A DNA stretch of 64,000 nucleotides from Bacillota bacterium (GTDB lineage Bacteria; Bacillota; Clostridia; Christensenellales; CAMQZB01). Within the stretch, counting starts at the first letter, position 1, and the number at the start of each line of letters is the position of its first letter. The stretch is from positions 760 to 64,759 of the forward strand of contig JAWXUX010000011.1 of the NCBI GenBank assembly GCA_044426045.1. The letters run 5' to 3'. This document shows positions 9,278 to 18,464 of the stretch, piece after piece. Made by a program: the position numbers and the translations under genes. The notes under the pieces were generated by a model, which saw only the letters and a program-made list of their open reading frames with translations, was not told the DNA's origin and did no database searches.

Positions 9278-11536
9278 ATGAAGGTTTTTAAAATTGTGAT
9301 AATGGGAATTTTGGTGGCTTGTTTGGTGGTTTTGGGATTTTTTTCCGCTTATTTTTTCAGCGTTTATAATCGCGGAAAAGAAATCGACATCAACTTCGAA
9401 AATAACCTTGACAAATTCGTTTTTTTAGAGTTTTTCGACGGTGAAAATAACATTGCGGAGTTTGGCGGAATGGATTTTTGTGAGTCTGGCGAAATCAAAA
9501 GTCACACTTTCAACGCGTTTATTGCAAAGGAAGATAGACGATTTTTGTCGCATTCTGGGGTGGATTTTCGCGGTATTTTGCGTGCGGGAATTGTGAATTT
9601 GAAAAGTGGCAACGCCGTTCAAGGGGGTTCAACAATCACGCAACAGCTTGCAAAAAATTTGCTTTTATCATCAGAAAAAAAGCTTTCACGAAAGATAACA
9701 GAAGTGGCTCTTGCAAGAAAGATTGAGGAAAATTATACAAAGGAAGAGATTTTGACGATGTATCTCAACGTGATATATTTTGGGGAAAACACGTTTGGAA
9801 TAACTGATGCTTCAATGCTTTATTTTGGCAAAAAGCCATGCGAGCTTACGATTTCCGAAAGTGCCATGCTTGCGGGAATTTTGCCGTCCCCTGAAAATTT
9901 TTCGCCGATAAAATCAATAGATATTGCCAAAGAAAAGCGAGATATTGTGCTTTTGCTTATGAAAAATGAAAATTATATCACTGAAATGGAATATCAAAAT
10001 GCACTGAAAGAAGAAATCACGCTGAATATAACAAAAAGTGAGGGGGAAAATTATGATTATCTGAATCACGCAATGAAAGAGGCTTCGGAAATTTTGGGGA
10101 TTTCCGAGCGAGAACTTGCGGGGCTTGATTATAAAATTTTCACTTATATGGATGCAAATAAGCAATCGGAAATTAAAAAACTTGGCGATGAAATAACGGA
10201 AACCGACGGGGTTTTGCTTGCCATCGACAACCAAACTCGCGGGGTTTTGGGGGTTTTTGAGAGCCGTCATGACATGATTTTTGAAAGGCGGTCGCCGGCT
10301 TCACTTATAAAGCCACTGCTTGTTTATGCCCCTGCACTTGAGGAAAATATTATTTTTGAAGAGTGCGTTCTTGACGATAAAAAGACGGATTTTGAGGGTT
10401 ATTGCCCGCGAAATTATAACGATGTTTACTACGGCGAGGTGACGGCAAAAACGGCGCTTGCCAAAAGTTTGAACGTGCCAAGCGTGAAAATTCTTGACTC
10501 GCTTTCCGTTGAAACTGCCACGAGGTACGCTCGCATGCTTGATTTGCCACTTGAAAAGAGCGACACAGGGCTTGCCGTTGCACTTGGTGGGCTTTCACAT
10601 GGCTTTTCGCCCATTGAAATTTCCGCGGGATATGCGAGTGTTGCCGATGGCGGAGAATTTGCAAAAACAGCTTTTGTGCGTGAGATTGTGAGTTCTTCCG
10701 GAGAGATTATTTACTCTCGCGAGGTTGAAAAACAAAAGGTTTTTGGGGAGGACACGGCATATATTTTGACTGATATGTTGAAAGAATGCACGCGAGTTGG
10801 CACGGGAAAAAAACTTGGGGAAGTTTCACCTTTTATCGCTTCAAAAACCGGCACAAATGGCGATGAAAACGGCAATTTTGATGCACTTGCTTGCGCTTAT
10901 TCACCTTTGGAAACCTTTTTTTGTTGGCTTGGAAATGCGGATTTTTCGCGAGTTTCAAGCAGCATAAAAGGGAGCACACTGCCAATTGATAATGCGGTGA
11001 AATATTTTTCTTCATGCAGTGAGATTTCAGATTTTGAAAAGCCCGAAAGCGTTGTTACCCTTTCATATGACAAAAATGAATATTTGGAAAACGGGAAACT
11101 GCTTCTTTCAACTGCCGACACGCCCGCAAAATATGTCGGAAAAACACTGATTTCAAAGCGATTTTGCCCCATATTGAAAAGTTTGAAATATTCTTTTCCA
11201 AAAGTCGCTGGTGCTAGCATCGTTCAAAGTGGCGAATATTTAGAAATTGAGTTTTTGTCGCAAGAATTTGCAAAATACGAAATTAAAAATAAAGTGACGG
11301 GTGAAATCGACAGCGAAATTTTAGGAACGGGCAAGAATATTTCCGTTGTTCTCCCCGCAAATGGAGATTATGCACAATTTGAAATCACAGCTTTTAACAA
11401 AGAAACAAATAAAAAAGGTGAAACGCATATTTTTGAAAAATTATATTTGAAAAAGAACTTTTTGCCAAGTGAAAAAGGACTGACTGGCGAAGATATGCCA
11501 AAGAGCGATGCGGAGATATTGGAGTTTTTTTCGTGA
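9278..11536 (+). CDS. Class A penicillin-binding protein (glycosyltransferase + transpeptidase)
   Basis: GT51 motifs (EDRRFLSHSGVD, GGSTITQQL) followed by a transpeptidase region (SLIKP, KTG). Start placed at the ATG before the TM helix MKVFKIVIMGILV (GGTGGTGGG upstream). The stop TGA lies inside a GTGAAAG-like heptamer. Confidence 0.85.
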   Translation: MKVFKIVIMGILVACLVVLGFFSAYFFSVYNRGKEIDINFENNLDKFVFLEFFDGENNIAEFGGMDFCESGEIKSHTFNAFIAKEDRRFLSHSGVDFRGILRAGIVNLKSGNAVQGGSTITQQLAKNLLLSSEKKLSRKITEVALARKIEENYTKEEILTMYLNVIYFGENTFGITDASMLYFGKKPCELTISESAMLAGILPSPENFSPIKSIDIAKEKRDIVLLLMKNENYITEMEYQNALKEEITLNITKSEGENYDYLNHAMKEASEILGISERELAGLDYKIFTYMDANKQSEIKKLGDEITETDGVLLAIDNQTRGVLGVFESRHDMIFERRSPASLIKPLLVYAPALEENIIFEECVLDDKKTDFEGYCPRNYNDVYYGEVTAKTALAKSLNVPSVKILDSLSVETATRYARMLDLPLEKSDTGLAVALGGLSHGFSPIEISAGYASVADGGEFAKTAFVREIVSSSGEIIYSREVEKQKVFGEDTAYILTDMLKECTRVGTGKKLGEVSPFIASKTGTNGDENGNFDALACAYSPLETFFCWLGNADFSRVSSSIKGSTLPIDNAVKYFSSCSEISDFEKPESVVTLSYDKNEYLENGKLLLSTADTPAKYVGKTLISKRFCPILKSLKYSFPKVAGASIVQSGEYLEIEFLSQEFAKYEIKNKVTGEIDSEILGTGKNISVVLPANGDYAQFEITAFNKETNKKGETHIFEKLYLKKNFLPSEKGLTGEDMPKSDAEILEFFS

Positions 11537-11549
11537 AAGGAAAAAAAAA

Positions 11550-11794
11550 GTGAAAGGTGAAAGGTAAAAGGTGAAAGGTGAAAGGTGAAAGGTGAAAGGT
11601 GAAAGGTGTGGTAGGCACTCGGCTTCGCCTCGTGCACCCCATTATATTTAGGTAGCAAAAAAGGAACGCTCCTATTTGAATAGTTACGTCCCTATTATGG
11701 ATTACAAATATAATTGAAAAGCACGAAGCGAAGCTGAGTGCATTACCACACCTTTCACCTTTCACCTTTCACCTTTCACCTGACGCGTAGCGTC
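11550..11794. repeat. Composite palindromic intergenic element, copy A (type 1 core)
   Basis: 8x GTGAAAG (one GTAAAAG), GTGTGGTAGG, hairpin GCACTCGGCTTCGCCTCGTGC, AT-rich core with AGGAACGCTCCT hairpin, hairpin GCACGAAGCGAAGCTGAGTGC, ATTACCACAC, 4x CTTTCAC, mini-hairpin GACGCgtaGCGTC. Lies between convergent PBP and GntR genes. An isolated heptamer at 11533-11540 contains the PBP stop. Confidence 0.9.
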
Positions 11795-12544
11795 CTATTT
11801 TTTTGCCAACATTTCCTTGAAAAGGTTATTTTCTGACACGATTTCGGCTACGTCGCCAGAAAGTGTTACGTTTTCGAAATATTCTGGGTATTTTTCAACG
11901 ATTTCGTCTTTTTCTGTGATAACTTTTCTCACGTGTTGGCGAAGGACTTGTTTTGCGCCTTCGACATCTTCGTTTTTGATACATTCAAGCAAGTTTTCGT
12001 GTTGCACAATGTTTGTTTCAATCACGTCTTCAACCATCATTGAAAGGTATCTCATACGGCGATAGTTGCCACCAACTGAAACTGTCACTTCATAGCACAT
12101 TGGCTTATCCACATCTTCATACATGATTTGGTGGAATTGGTCGTCATATTCCATGAATTTGATATAATCTTTTTCAGCGGCTGCCTTTTTTTGTTTTCCG
12201 ATTATTCTTTCCAACCTGTAGATAGCTTCTTCGGATTTTTCTTTCACGAAAAGTTCCAAAACTGCCCTTTCCACAGATTCACGCAAGAAGCGTTCTTCAT
12301 TTGCGTGGTGGTAGTTGATTTTTGAGATGAACGTGCCTTTTTGCGGAATGATGTTCACTAGCCCTTCTCTTGAAAGTTTGATAAAAGCTTCTCTCACAGG
12401 TGTTCTTGAAACGCCCAATTTTACAGAGAGTTCTTGTTCGCTCATTGCTGTTCCTGGGGCAAGGTTCAAGTTGATGATATTATTTCTTATCGCTTGATAA
12501 ATTCTGCTTCCAACTGAGTTGTTTTCTTTTGATTGATTTTGCAT
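11795..12544 (-). CDS. GntR family transcriptional regulator (FadR/FCD-type C-terminal domain)
   Basis: Winged-HTH signature LSVKLGVSRTPVREAFIKLSREGLV, with a helical C-terminal domain. Confidence 0.85.
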   Translation of the reverse strand: MQNQSKENNSVGSRIYQAIRNNIINLNLAPGTAMSEQELSVKLGVSRTPVREAFIKLSREGLVNIIPQKGTFISKINYHHANEERFLRESVERAVLELFVKEKSEEAIYRLERIIGKQKKAAAEKDYIKFMEYDDQFHQIMYEDVDKPMCYEVTVSVGGNYRRMRYLSMMVEDVIETNIVQHENLLECIKNEDVEGAKQVLRQHVRKVITEKDEIVEKYPEYFENVTLSGDVAEIVSENNLFKEMLAKK

Positions 12545-12554
12545 AGTGCTCCTC

Positions 12555-13643
12555 CTATGTATTGAAACGCGGTGCGTCTTCCGTTCTGCCTTTCAGCGTG
12601 CAATATTTGTCGGTTCTGTCAAGCGGGAACTTGACTGTTTCCCCCGTTATTGCTGATTTATAGATTGCGACAACCATTTCAAGGGCGTTCCTGCCGTCCT
12701 CGCCAGTTATCAAAAGTTGCTCTGCGCCCAAAATTGCGTTCACAAAGTTTGCAATTTGACCGTCGAACTTTTGCGGTTTATTATATTCTTTTTTTTCAAA
12801 AAGTTTTTCAATTTCGGTTTTGCCATCGGGGTCATCGGTGTTGAAACCATTTTCAAGACCCTTTGAACACAAAACGCCAAACGGGATTGAAACTCCGCCT
12901 TTTTCCGTTTGGAAAAAGATTTCCTTTTTCTCGCCGTGGTGAAGCATTGAACATTGAAGCGTTGCAAGACTGCCGTTTGGATATTTCAAAATCGATATTG
13001 AAATGTCCTCTTCTTGCGAGCTTTTGTGGTTCAAATTTGAAAAAACTGATGTGATTTCGCAAGGCGTGCCGTTTGCCCAAAGCAAAAGGTCGATATGGTG
13101 GATTGCGTTGTTCATCGTGACACCGCCACCTTCGATTTCCCATTTGCCTCGCCAGTCCATATCGTAATACGCGTCGGAACGATACCAATGCGAGTGTACG
13201 TCGGTGTGGAAAACTTTTCCAAGCTCGCCACTTTTCAGCATTTCGATAACTTTTGCGTTGTCGCTGTCGTATCTGTTTTGTGCGACTGAAGAAAACACGC
13301 ATCCATTTTCGCTTGCGGTTTTTATCATTATATCACAATCTTCGATACTTTGAGCCAATGGTTTTTCACAAATCACGTGCTTTTTTGCAGAAAATGCGTC
13401 GCAAGCGATTGTTTTGTGGCTTGCGGGCGGTGAACAGATTGAAACAATGTCGCAAAGCGAAAGTCCGTCGCGATAGTCTGAAACACACTCGCAATCAAGG
13501 TTGAACTGCTTTTTCAGCGCTAGAGCTTTCGTCACATCGCGGTTTGCAAGTGCTGTTATTTTGCAATCCTCACCTTTTGCAAGGAATGCTTTTATGTGTT
13601 TGGGTGCAATCATTCCACACCCAACAATCATAACTTTTAACAT
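12555..13643 (-). CDS. Gfo/Idh/MocA family oxidoreductase
   Basis: N-terminal Rossmann motif VMIVGCGMIAPKH and EKP motif (VICEKPLA). Confidence 0.85.
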   Translation of the reverse strand: MLKVMIVGCGMIAPKHIKAFLAKGEDCKITALANRDVTKALALKKQFNLDCECVSDYRDGLSLCDIVSICSPPASHKTIACDAFSAKKHVICEKPLAQSIEDCDIMIKTASENGCVFSSVAQNRYDSDNAKVIEMLKSGELGKVFHTDVHSHWYRSDAYYDMDWRGKWEIEGGGVTMNNAIHHIDLLLWANGTPCEITSVFSNLNHKSSQEEDISISILKYPNGSLATLQCSMLHHGEKKEIFFQTEKGGVSIPFGVLCSKGLENGFNTDDPDGKTEIEKLFEKKEYNKPQKFDGQIANFVNAILGAEQLLITGEDGRNALEMVVAIYKSAITGETVKFPLDRTDKYCTLKGRTEDAPRFNT

Positions 13644-13682
13644 AATTTACCCCTGTTTATGTTTTGTTGGTTATTTTATTAT

Positions 13683-13863
13683 GGGCACTTCTAAAAAGTA
13701 TTGACCAAAGATTGATTTCAAAAAAAGTGCGTATTTTTTGCAGAATTTCGACGTAAAACTGGACGTTTTTCTAGAAATTTTGTGTTACGAGCGTAGCGAA
13801 CTACCTGAAAATCAAGCCTTTTTTGGGAATTAAGATTTGAGTTAAGACTTTTTAGAAGTGCCC
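13683..13863. mobile_element. MITE-like element (family 2), copy 1
   Basis: Perfect 17-18 bp terminal inverted repeats GGGCACTTCTAAAAAGT...ACTTTTTAGAAGTGCCC, with TTAT on both flanks. Lies between uxuA and the oxidoreductase gene. Confidence 0.8.
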
Positions 13864-13889
13864 TTATTTCTTATTGCTGTTTTTCAGTC

Positions 13890-14957
13890 TTATTTGCTAG
13901 ATTTTTCGATAGCTTCCCAAAGTCCTTGCAAATAACAAGCACCGAGCGCTCTGTCGTAGAGTCCGTAGCCTGGCATTGCAACTTCGCCCCAAATCATTCT
14001 GCCGTGGTCGGGTCTTATTGGACCGTCAAAGCCGATTTCGTGGAGGGCTTTCATGATTTCATACATGTCAAGTGAGCCGTCAGATGAAAGGTGCGCTGAT
14101 TCTTCAAAAATCCCCGGCGCGTCATGTTTTGTGTTTCTGACGTGGGCGAAATGAATTCTGCCTTTCAAACTTCTGATGATGTCTGGAATATCGTTTTTAG
14201 GGTTTGAAGAAAGTGAACCCGTGCAAAGCGTTACCCCATTTCTTGGGTTTGGAACTGCGTTCATAAGTTTCAAAATCGCTTCTTTTCCCGTGATAATTCT
14301 TGGAAGACCAAAAACGCTCCAAGCGGGATCGTCGATATGAATTGCCATATTGATGTCGCATTTGTCGCATGTTGGCATGATTGCATTCAAAAAATATACG
14401 AGGTTATCAAACAATTTTTCGTTATCAATCGTGCTGTACTGTTCAAAAAGTTCTTTGATGTGCGCCATGCGTTCTGGTTCCCAACCTGGCATAACAAAGC
14501 CATTTGAGTTTTTATCCATATCTTCAAAGAATGATTGTGGGTCGATTTTGTCCACTTCTTCTTGGTTATATGCAAGCACTGTTGAACCGTCCGCTCTTTC
14601 CTTTGCAAGGTTAGAACGAGTCCAGTCAAAGACAGGCATGAAGTTATAACACACCATTTTTATTCCGCACTGTGAAAGTTTTTCAAGTGTTCTTTTATAG
14701 TTTTCAATATATATTTCACGGTCTGGCGCTCCAGTTTTGATTGAATCGTGAATGTTCACGCTTTCAATTCCCGCAACTTTTAAACCAGCACTTTCAACGG
14801 TTGCAATCATCTTTTTGATTTCGCTTAGCTCCCATTCTTCACCGGGTTTTGTGCCATAAAGTGTTGTTATCACGCCTTCCACCCCAGGGATTTGACGAAT
14901 TTGCTCAAGCGTTACACTGTCGTAACCTTCGCCATACCATCTTAATGTCATTTGCAT
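13890..14957 (-). CDS. uxuA: Mannonate dehydratase
   Basis: 355 aa. N-terminus MQMTLRWYG......L..IRQIPGV.G and overall UxuA-like sequence. Confidence 0.9.
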   Translation of the reverse strand: MQMTLRWYGEGYDSVTLEQIRQIPGVEGVITTLYGTKPGEEWELSEIKKMIATVESAGLKVAGIESVNIHDSIKTGAPDREIYIENYKRTLEKLSQCGIKMVCYNFMPVFDWTRSNLAKERADGSTVLAYNQEEVDKIDPQSFFEDMDKNSNGFVMPGWEPERMAHIKELFEQYSTIDNEKLFDNLVYFLNAIMPTCDKCDINMAIHIDDPAWSVFGLPRIITGKEAILKLMNAVPNPRNGVTLCTGSLSSNPKNDIPDIIRSLKGRIHFAHVRNTKHDAPGIFEESAHLSSDGSLDMYEIMKALHEIGFDGPIRPDHGRMIWGEVAMPGYGLYDRALGACYLQGLWEAIEKSSK

Positions 14958-14992
14958 ATAATGCCTCCAAATACATTTAGTTTATCTTGTAT

Positions 14993-15021
14993 ATTGTAAC
15001 ATACTAGTGTGTGATTGTCAA
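14993..15021 (-). promoter_or_regulatory. Sigma-A-type promoter upstream of uxuA, with an imperfect palindrome over the -10
   Basis: Minus strand TTGACA-N17-TACAAT. GTATGTTACAATATAC (12/16 palindromic) overlaps the -10 and is a candidate operator for the co-located GntR regulator. Confidence 0.55.
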
Positions 15022-15073
15022 GAGGGAGAGTTAAAAAAATCGGGAGATTTTTTTAAAGGGGAAAGAGAGGAAG

Positions 15074-15353
15074 GTGAAAGGTGAAAGGTGAAAGGTGAAA
15101 GGTGAAAGGTGAAAGGTGAAAGGTGAAAGGTGTGGTAATGCACTCGCCTTGCTCGTGCTTTCTATATTTCAATTTTGGCGGGCGTTGGGGACGGTACGCA
15201 CACATGGGTGCGACCCTACGCATGGAAATAGCTACAAACACGTTAAAACGCTTGTAGCTATTGTAGTTTTGTATTTAATTTAGGATGCACGGAGCGTTAG
15301 CGTAGTGCCTACCACACCTTTCACCTTTCACCTTTCACCTTTCACCTTTCACC
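15074..15353. repeat. Composite palindromic intergenic element, copy B (type 2 core, long variant)
   Basis: 8x GTGAAAG, GTGTGGTAATGCACTCG... hairpin, core with stem ATAGCTACAA/TTGTAGCTAT and a 49-nt GC-rich insert (15177-15225), ...GTAGTGCCTACCACAC, 5x CTTTCAC. The inner part is inverted relative to type 1. Confidence 0.9.
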
Positions 15354-15361
15354 TTATAAAA

Positions 15362-16732
15362 TTATACCGTCAAATTCCTAAGCCATTTGCCATCTTTGAC
15401 GAATTTTGTGCCTAGGACATTTTTGATTAGGTCGGCGGTGTGGGAAACTAGGTAGATTTCTACTACTGTTATTCCAAGGGTTACTGCGTTCATTCCTAGA
15501 ACCACTGTCAGTGGGAATGCGATAAGGATTGTTGCACCTTGGTCAAGGAAGAATGCGCGGAGGGAATCGCCGCCTGAACGCAATATGAAAAAGCAACATG
15601 CGTTATATGAATATGACGGCAAGAACACCGCTATCACGATGATGATTTTCACCGAAATTGTTTTTATTTCATCGGTTGGCGAGAAAAGTTCGAGTATGCT
15701 TGGCGAAAGCACCGCAAGCCCGATTGCCATCACGATACCTGCCATGATTGAAAGTCCTTTCATTCTGTCCGCTTCGCGTTTCGCGCCCTCGAAATCGTTC
15801 ACTCCAAGCTTTGGACCGACGATTATTGATGTGCCTGTTGCAAGTCCCGCAAAGAACACGAAAAATAGGTCGCAGATGTTTTGACTGTAGGAATAGGCTG
15901 TGTACCATGTGTCGTTTTTGTAGGTTGTGAAGATGATGAGAACCGCCACCATTGTCGCCCACAAAAGTTCGTTTGCAACGAGGGGCAAGCCTTTTTTTGC
16001 GTAGTTTTCCAAAAGCGATTTTTGAAGTTTGAGATATTTCCAAAATTTCTTGAAATATGATTTTTTCCAAACGATTGCAAACACGAAAAGTGTTGTCATT
16101 TCAAACACACGGCTTGAAACTGTTGCAATCGCGGCACCCCTTGCGGCGAGCTCGGGAAAGCCGAGATTTCCGAAAATAAGGAGGTAGTTGAGCCCTGTGT
16201 TTATGCAAATTCCGCAAATGCCGACCACCATTGGTAGCAATGTTTGTTGAACTGTTCGAAATGATGTTGCAACCGCCATGTTGACTGCCCAAATGATCAT
16301 GCCGAATTTGATGATTTCAAGATATTGATAGCCATACACCCTCGATTCTGGCGATTGGATATAGATATCCACAATGCTGTTGCCAAAAAAATGGATGAAA
16401 ATCGCCGTGAGACCGCCGACAATAATCGCGGAAATCCATGCGAGGTTGAAAGTTCTTTTGACGTCATCCGCTTTTCCCGCGCCGTAGTATTGCGAAAGAA
16501 ATATGCTTGATGCTGCGGAAAGTCCGATAAACAAGAAGTTGAAAATCGCGACCAATCTGTTTGCTGCCGAAACACCGCCATAGGCAATGCTGTTTCCGTT
16601 ATAGGCGTTCACCATGAGGTTATCAACATAGCCACCGAGCGAGAAAAGCAGTTGTTGTATTATTATTGGGGTCACAATTATAAAGACATGCTTATAAAAC
16701 TGCTTGTCTCCGATATATTTTTTTATATTCAT
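15362..16732 (-). CDS. MATE family efflux transporter
   Basis: 456 aa, about 12 predicted TM helices, MATE-like N-terminal region (PIIIQQLLFSLGGYVDNLMV). Confidence 0.85.
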   Translation of the reverse strand: MNIKKYIGDKQFYKHVFIIVTPIIIQQLLFSLGGYVDNLMVNAYNGNSIAYGGVSAANRLVAIFNFLFIGLSAASSIFLSQYYGAGKADDVKRTFNLAWISAIIVGGLTAIFIHFFGNSIVDIYIQSPESRVYGYQYLEIIKFGMIIWAVNMAVATSFRTVQQTLLPMVVGICGICINTGLNYLLIFGNLGFPELAARGAAIATVSSRVFEMTTLFVFAIVWKKSYFKKFWKYLKLQKSLLENYAKKGLPLVANELLWATMVAVLIIFTTYKNDTWYTAYSYSQNICDLFFVFFAGLATGTSIIVGPKLGVNDFEGAKREADRMKGLSIMAGIVMAIGLAVLSPSILELFSPTDEIKTISVKIIIVIAVFLPSYSYNACCFFILRSGGDSLRAFFLDQGATILIAFPLTVVLGMNAVTLGITVVEIYLVSHTADLIKNVLGTKFVKDGKWLRNLTV

Positions 16733-16824
16733 TTTGTCCTTTAAAGATGTTTTTTATTTCGTTTATATATTTTCGTTTTTTCGTTTGTAGTATTGTTTGT
16801 ATTATTTTCGTTTATAGTATTGTT

Positions 16825-17316
16825 TTATTGATGTTGTTTATTTTTATATTCGTCTTTCACTTTTTGGATGATTTTTTCAGGCACTGCAAATGAGATATCG
16901 CCGTCAAATTTGAGCAGTTGACGGACAAAAGACGAGCTCACACATGTGAGGTTTGGACTTGCAGAAAGATAGACACACTCGAAATTTTCGTCGAGATGCT
17001 TATTCACTTGCTCCATTGAAACTTCATATTCAAAGTCGGTTGCGTTGCGAATTCCACGAACAACGGCGTTGATTTCGTTTTGTTTCACAAAGTCCACCGC
17101 TAGCCCTTCAAAAGACGATACAATAATTTTTTCGTCATGTTCAAATAGTGATTTTATGAAACCAAGGCGAGTTTCAAGTGGGAAAGCATATCTTTTTTCT
17201 GGATTTTCAAATATGCAGATATAAACTTTGTCAAACAGCTTTTCCGCCCTTTTGATTACTTCTTCGTGACCTTTTGTGATTGGGTCAAAACTTCCTGAAA
17301 TCAGACATTTTCTCAT
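16825..17316 (-). CDS. coaD: Phosphopantetheine adenylyltransferase
   Basis: 163 aa. GSFDPITKGHEEVI (T/HxGH nucleotidyltransferase motif). Confidence 0.9.
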   Translation of the reverse strand: MRKCLISGSFDPITKGHEEVIKRAEKLFDKVYICIFENPEKRYAFPLETRLGFIKSLFEHDEKIIVSSFEGLAVDFVKQNEINAVVRGIRNATDFEYEVSMEQVNKHLDENFECVYLSASPNLTCVSSSFVRQLLKFDGDISFAVPEKIIQKVKDEYKNKQHQ

Positions 17317-17348
17317 TTCGCTCTCCTTATATTTCTTGGAATATTCCT

Positions 17349-17930
17349 TTATTCTTCTTCGCTCACTTCTTCGCTTTCTTCTTCGCGTTTATATTCAAAG
17401 AAAGAAAACACTGCTTTGCCGTATCTTCTTGTGTCAAATTCAACGAGGTTTTCAAGGTTGATGTTGTGCTTTTCACCTTCGGCATATTCATAAATCACCA
17501 TGCCGTTTTCAGTTATCAACTTGTTTTTATCGATGATTTCCACTGCGTCCACGCCAAGTTTTGTTTTATATGGTGGGTCAAGGAAAATCACGTTGAATTT
17601 TTCCTTTCTTGTGATAAATCTGTTCAATCCAAAAAGTGCTGGCGTCAGCAACACTTCCGCTTCGATATTCAAAAGTTTCAAGTTTGCTTTCACAAGGTCG
17701 CACGAAAATTTTTCCTTGTCGCAAAAAACAACCCTGCCCGCGCCCCTTGAAAGTGCTTCAATACCAACGCTTCCGCTTCCCGCAAAAAGATCGAGGAAAC
17801 TCATGCCGTTGACGTCGTTTTGCAAGATTGAAAAAATTGCTTCTTTTGCCCTGTCGCTTGTTGGGCGGATATCTTTACCTTTGAATTCGTGGAGAATTCT
17901 TCCACGATGTTTACCACTGATTACTCTCAT
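17349..17930 (-). CDS. rsmD: 16S rRNA (guanine966-N2)-methyltransferase RsmD
   Basis: MRVISGKHRGR......G...RPTSDR.KEAIF, DLFAGSG, DPPY motifs. It has an unusual acidic C-terminal tail (EEESEEVSEEE). Confidence 0.85.
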   Translation of the reverse strand: MRVISGKHRGRILHEFKGKDIRPTSDRAKEAIFSILQNDVNGMSFLDLFAGSGSVGIEALSRGAGRVVFCDKEKFSCDLVKANLKLLNIEAEVLLTPALFGLNRFITRKEKFNVIFLDPPYKTKLGVDAVEIIDKNKLITENGMVIYEYAEGEKHNINLENLVEFDTRRYGKAVFSFFEYKREEESEEVSEEE

Positions 17931-18388
17931 GCTTGTCCTTTTTTATGGATGTTTCCATAGATGTTTTTTTCTGTTATTATTATGTCCATTGGAATGTCAA
18001 ATTTGTCGGGGTCGATTGTTTCAACCATTAAATTTTCATATGTTATTCCAATTTTTATTCCTTTAAAATTTTGCAAAAATACGTCATAAAACCCCTTGCC
18101 AAAGCCAATTCGTTGCATGTTTTTTGAAAACGCAACCCCTGGAATAAGGCAAATATCGATTTTTTCCTTTTCGATTTCTCCGCACGTTGGCTCGTAAATG
18201 CCAAACGCACCGATTTGGAAATTTTCCGATTTTGCGACAACGATGCCATTTTCAATAACGGGATAAAAAACCTTGCTTGAAATGTGATTTTCAAGATTAT
18301 CAAGGTTTATTTCGCCACGAATTGATTTATATGACATCACTGTTTTTTCTTTTATTTCGGGATAGTGCGATAAAAGATTTTGTATCAC
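17927..18388 (-). CDS. 5-formyltetrahydrofolate cyclo-ligase; the true start is probably upstream (up to 18475)
   Basis: C-terminal motifs (IDICLIPGVAF......RIGFGKGFYD). The in-frame region upstream of the GTG (KSEIRNFAKKARDGF...) looks like the genuine MTHFS N-terminus but has no ATG/GTG/TTG. See findings. Confidence 0.7.
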   Translation of the reverse strand: MIQNLLSHYPEIKEKTVMSYKSIRGEINLDNLENHISSKVFYPVIENGIVVAKSENFQIGAFGIYEPTCGEIEKEKIDICLIPGVAFSKNMQRIGFGKGFYDVFLQNFKGIKIGITYENLMVETIDPDKFDIPMDIIITEKNIYGNIHKKGQA

Positions 18389-18464
18389 TTCACCGCTTTT
18401 TTCTGCAATATAGTCAGCGGGAAAACCATCTCTTGCTTTTTTTGCGAAATTTCTTATTTCAGAT

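Noticed and set aside
11550-11606. Heptamer arrays as a CRISPR array
   Set aside because: The repeat unit is 7 nt with no spacers, the arrays occur as inverted pairs around a conserved core, and there are no cas genes.
11368-11765. ORFs encoding PFTFHLSPFTFHL-type repeats (also 15053..15241, 53672..53908, 55874..56077)
   Set aside because: They are read-through of the stop-free strand of the (CTTTCAC)n heptamer arrays and adjacent hairpins. They have no SD, the frame is not conserved between copies, and their length depends only on repeat number.
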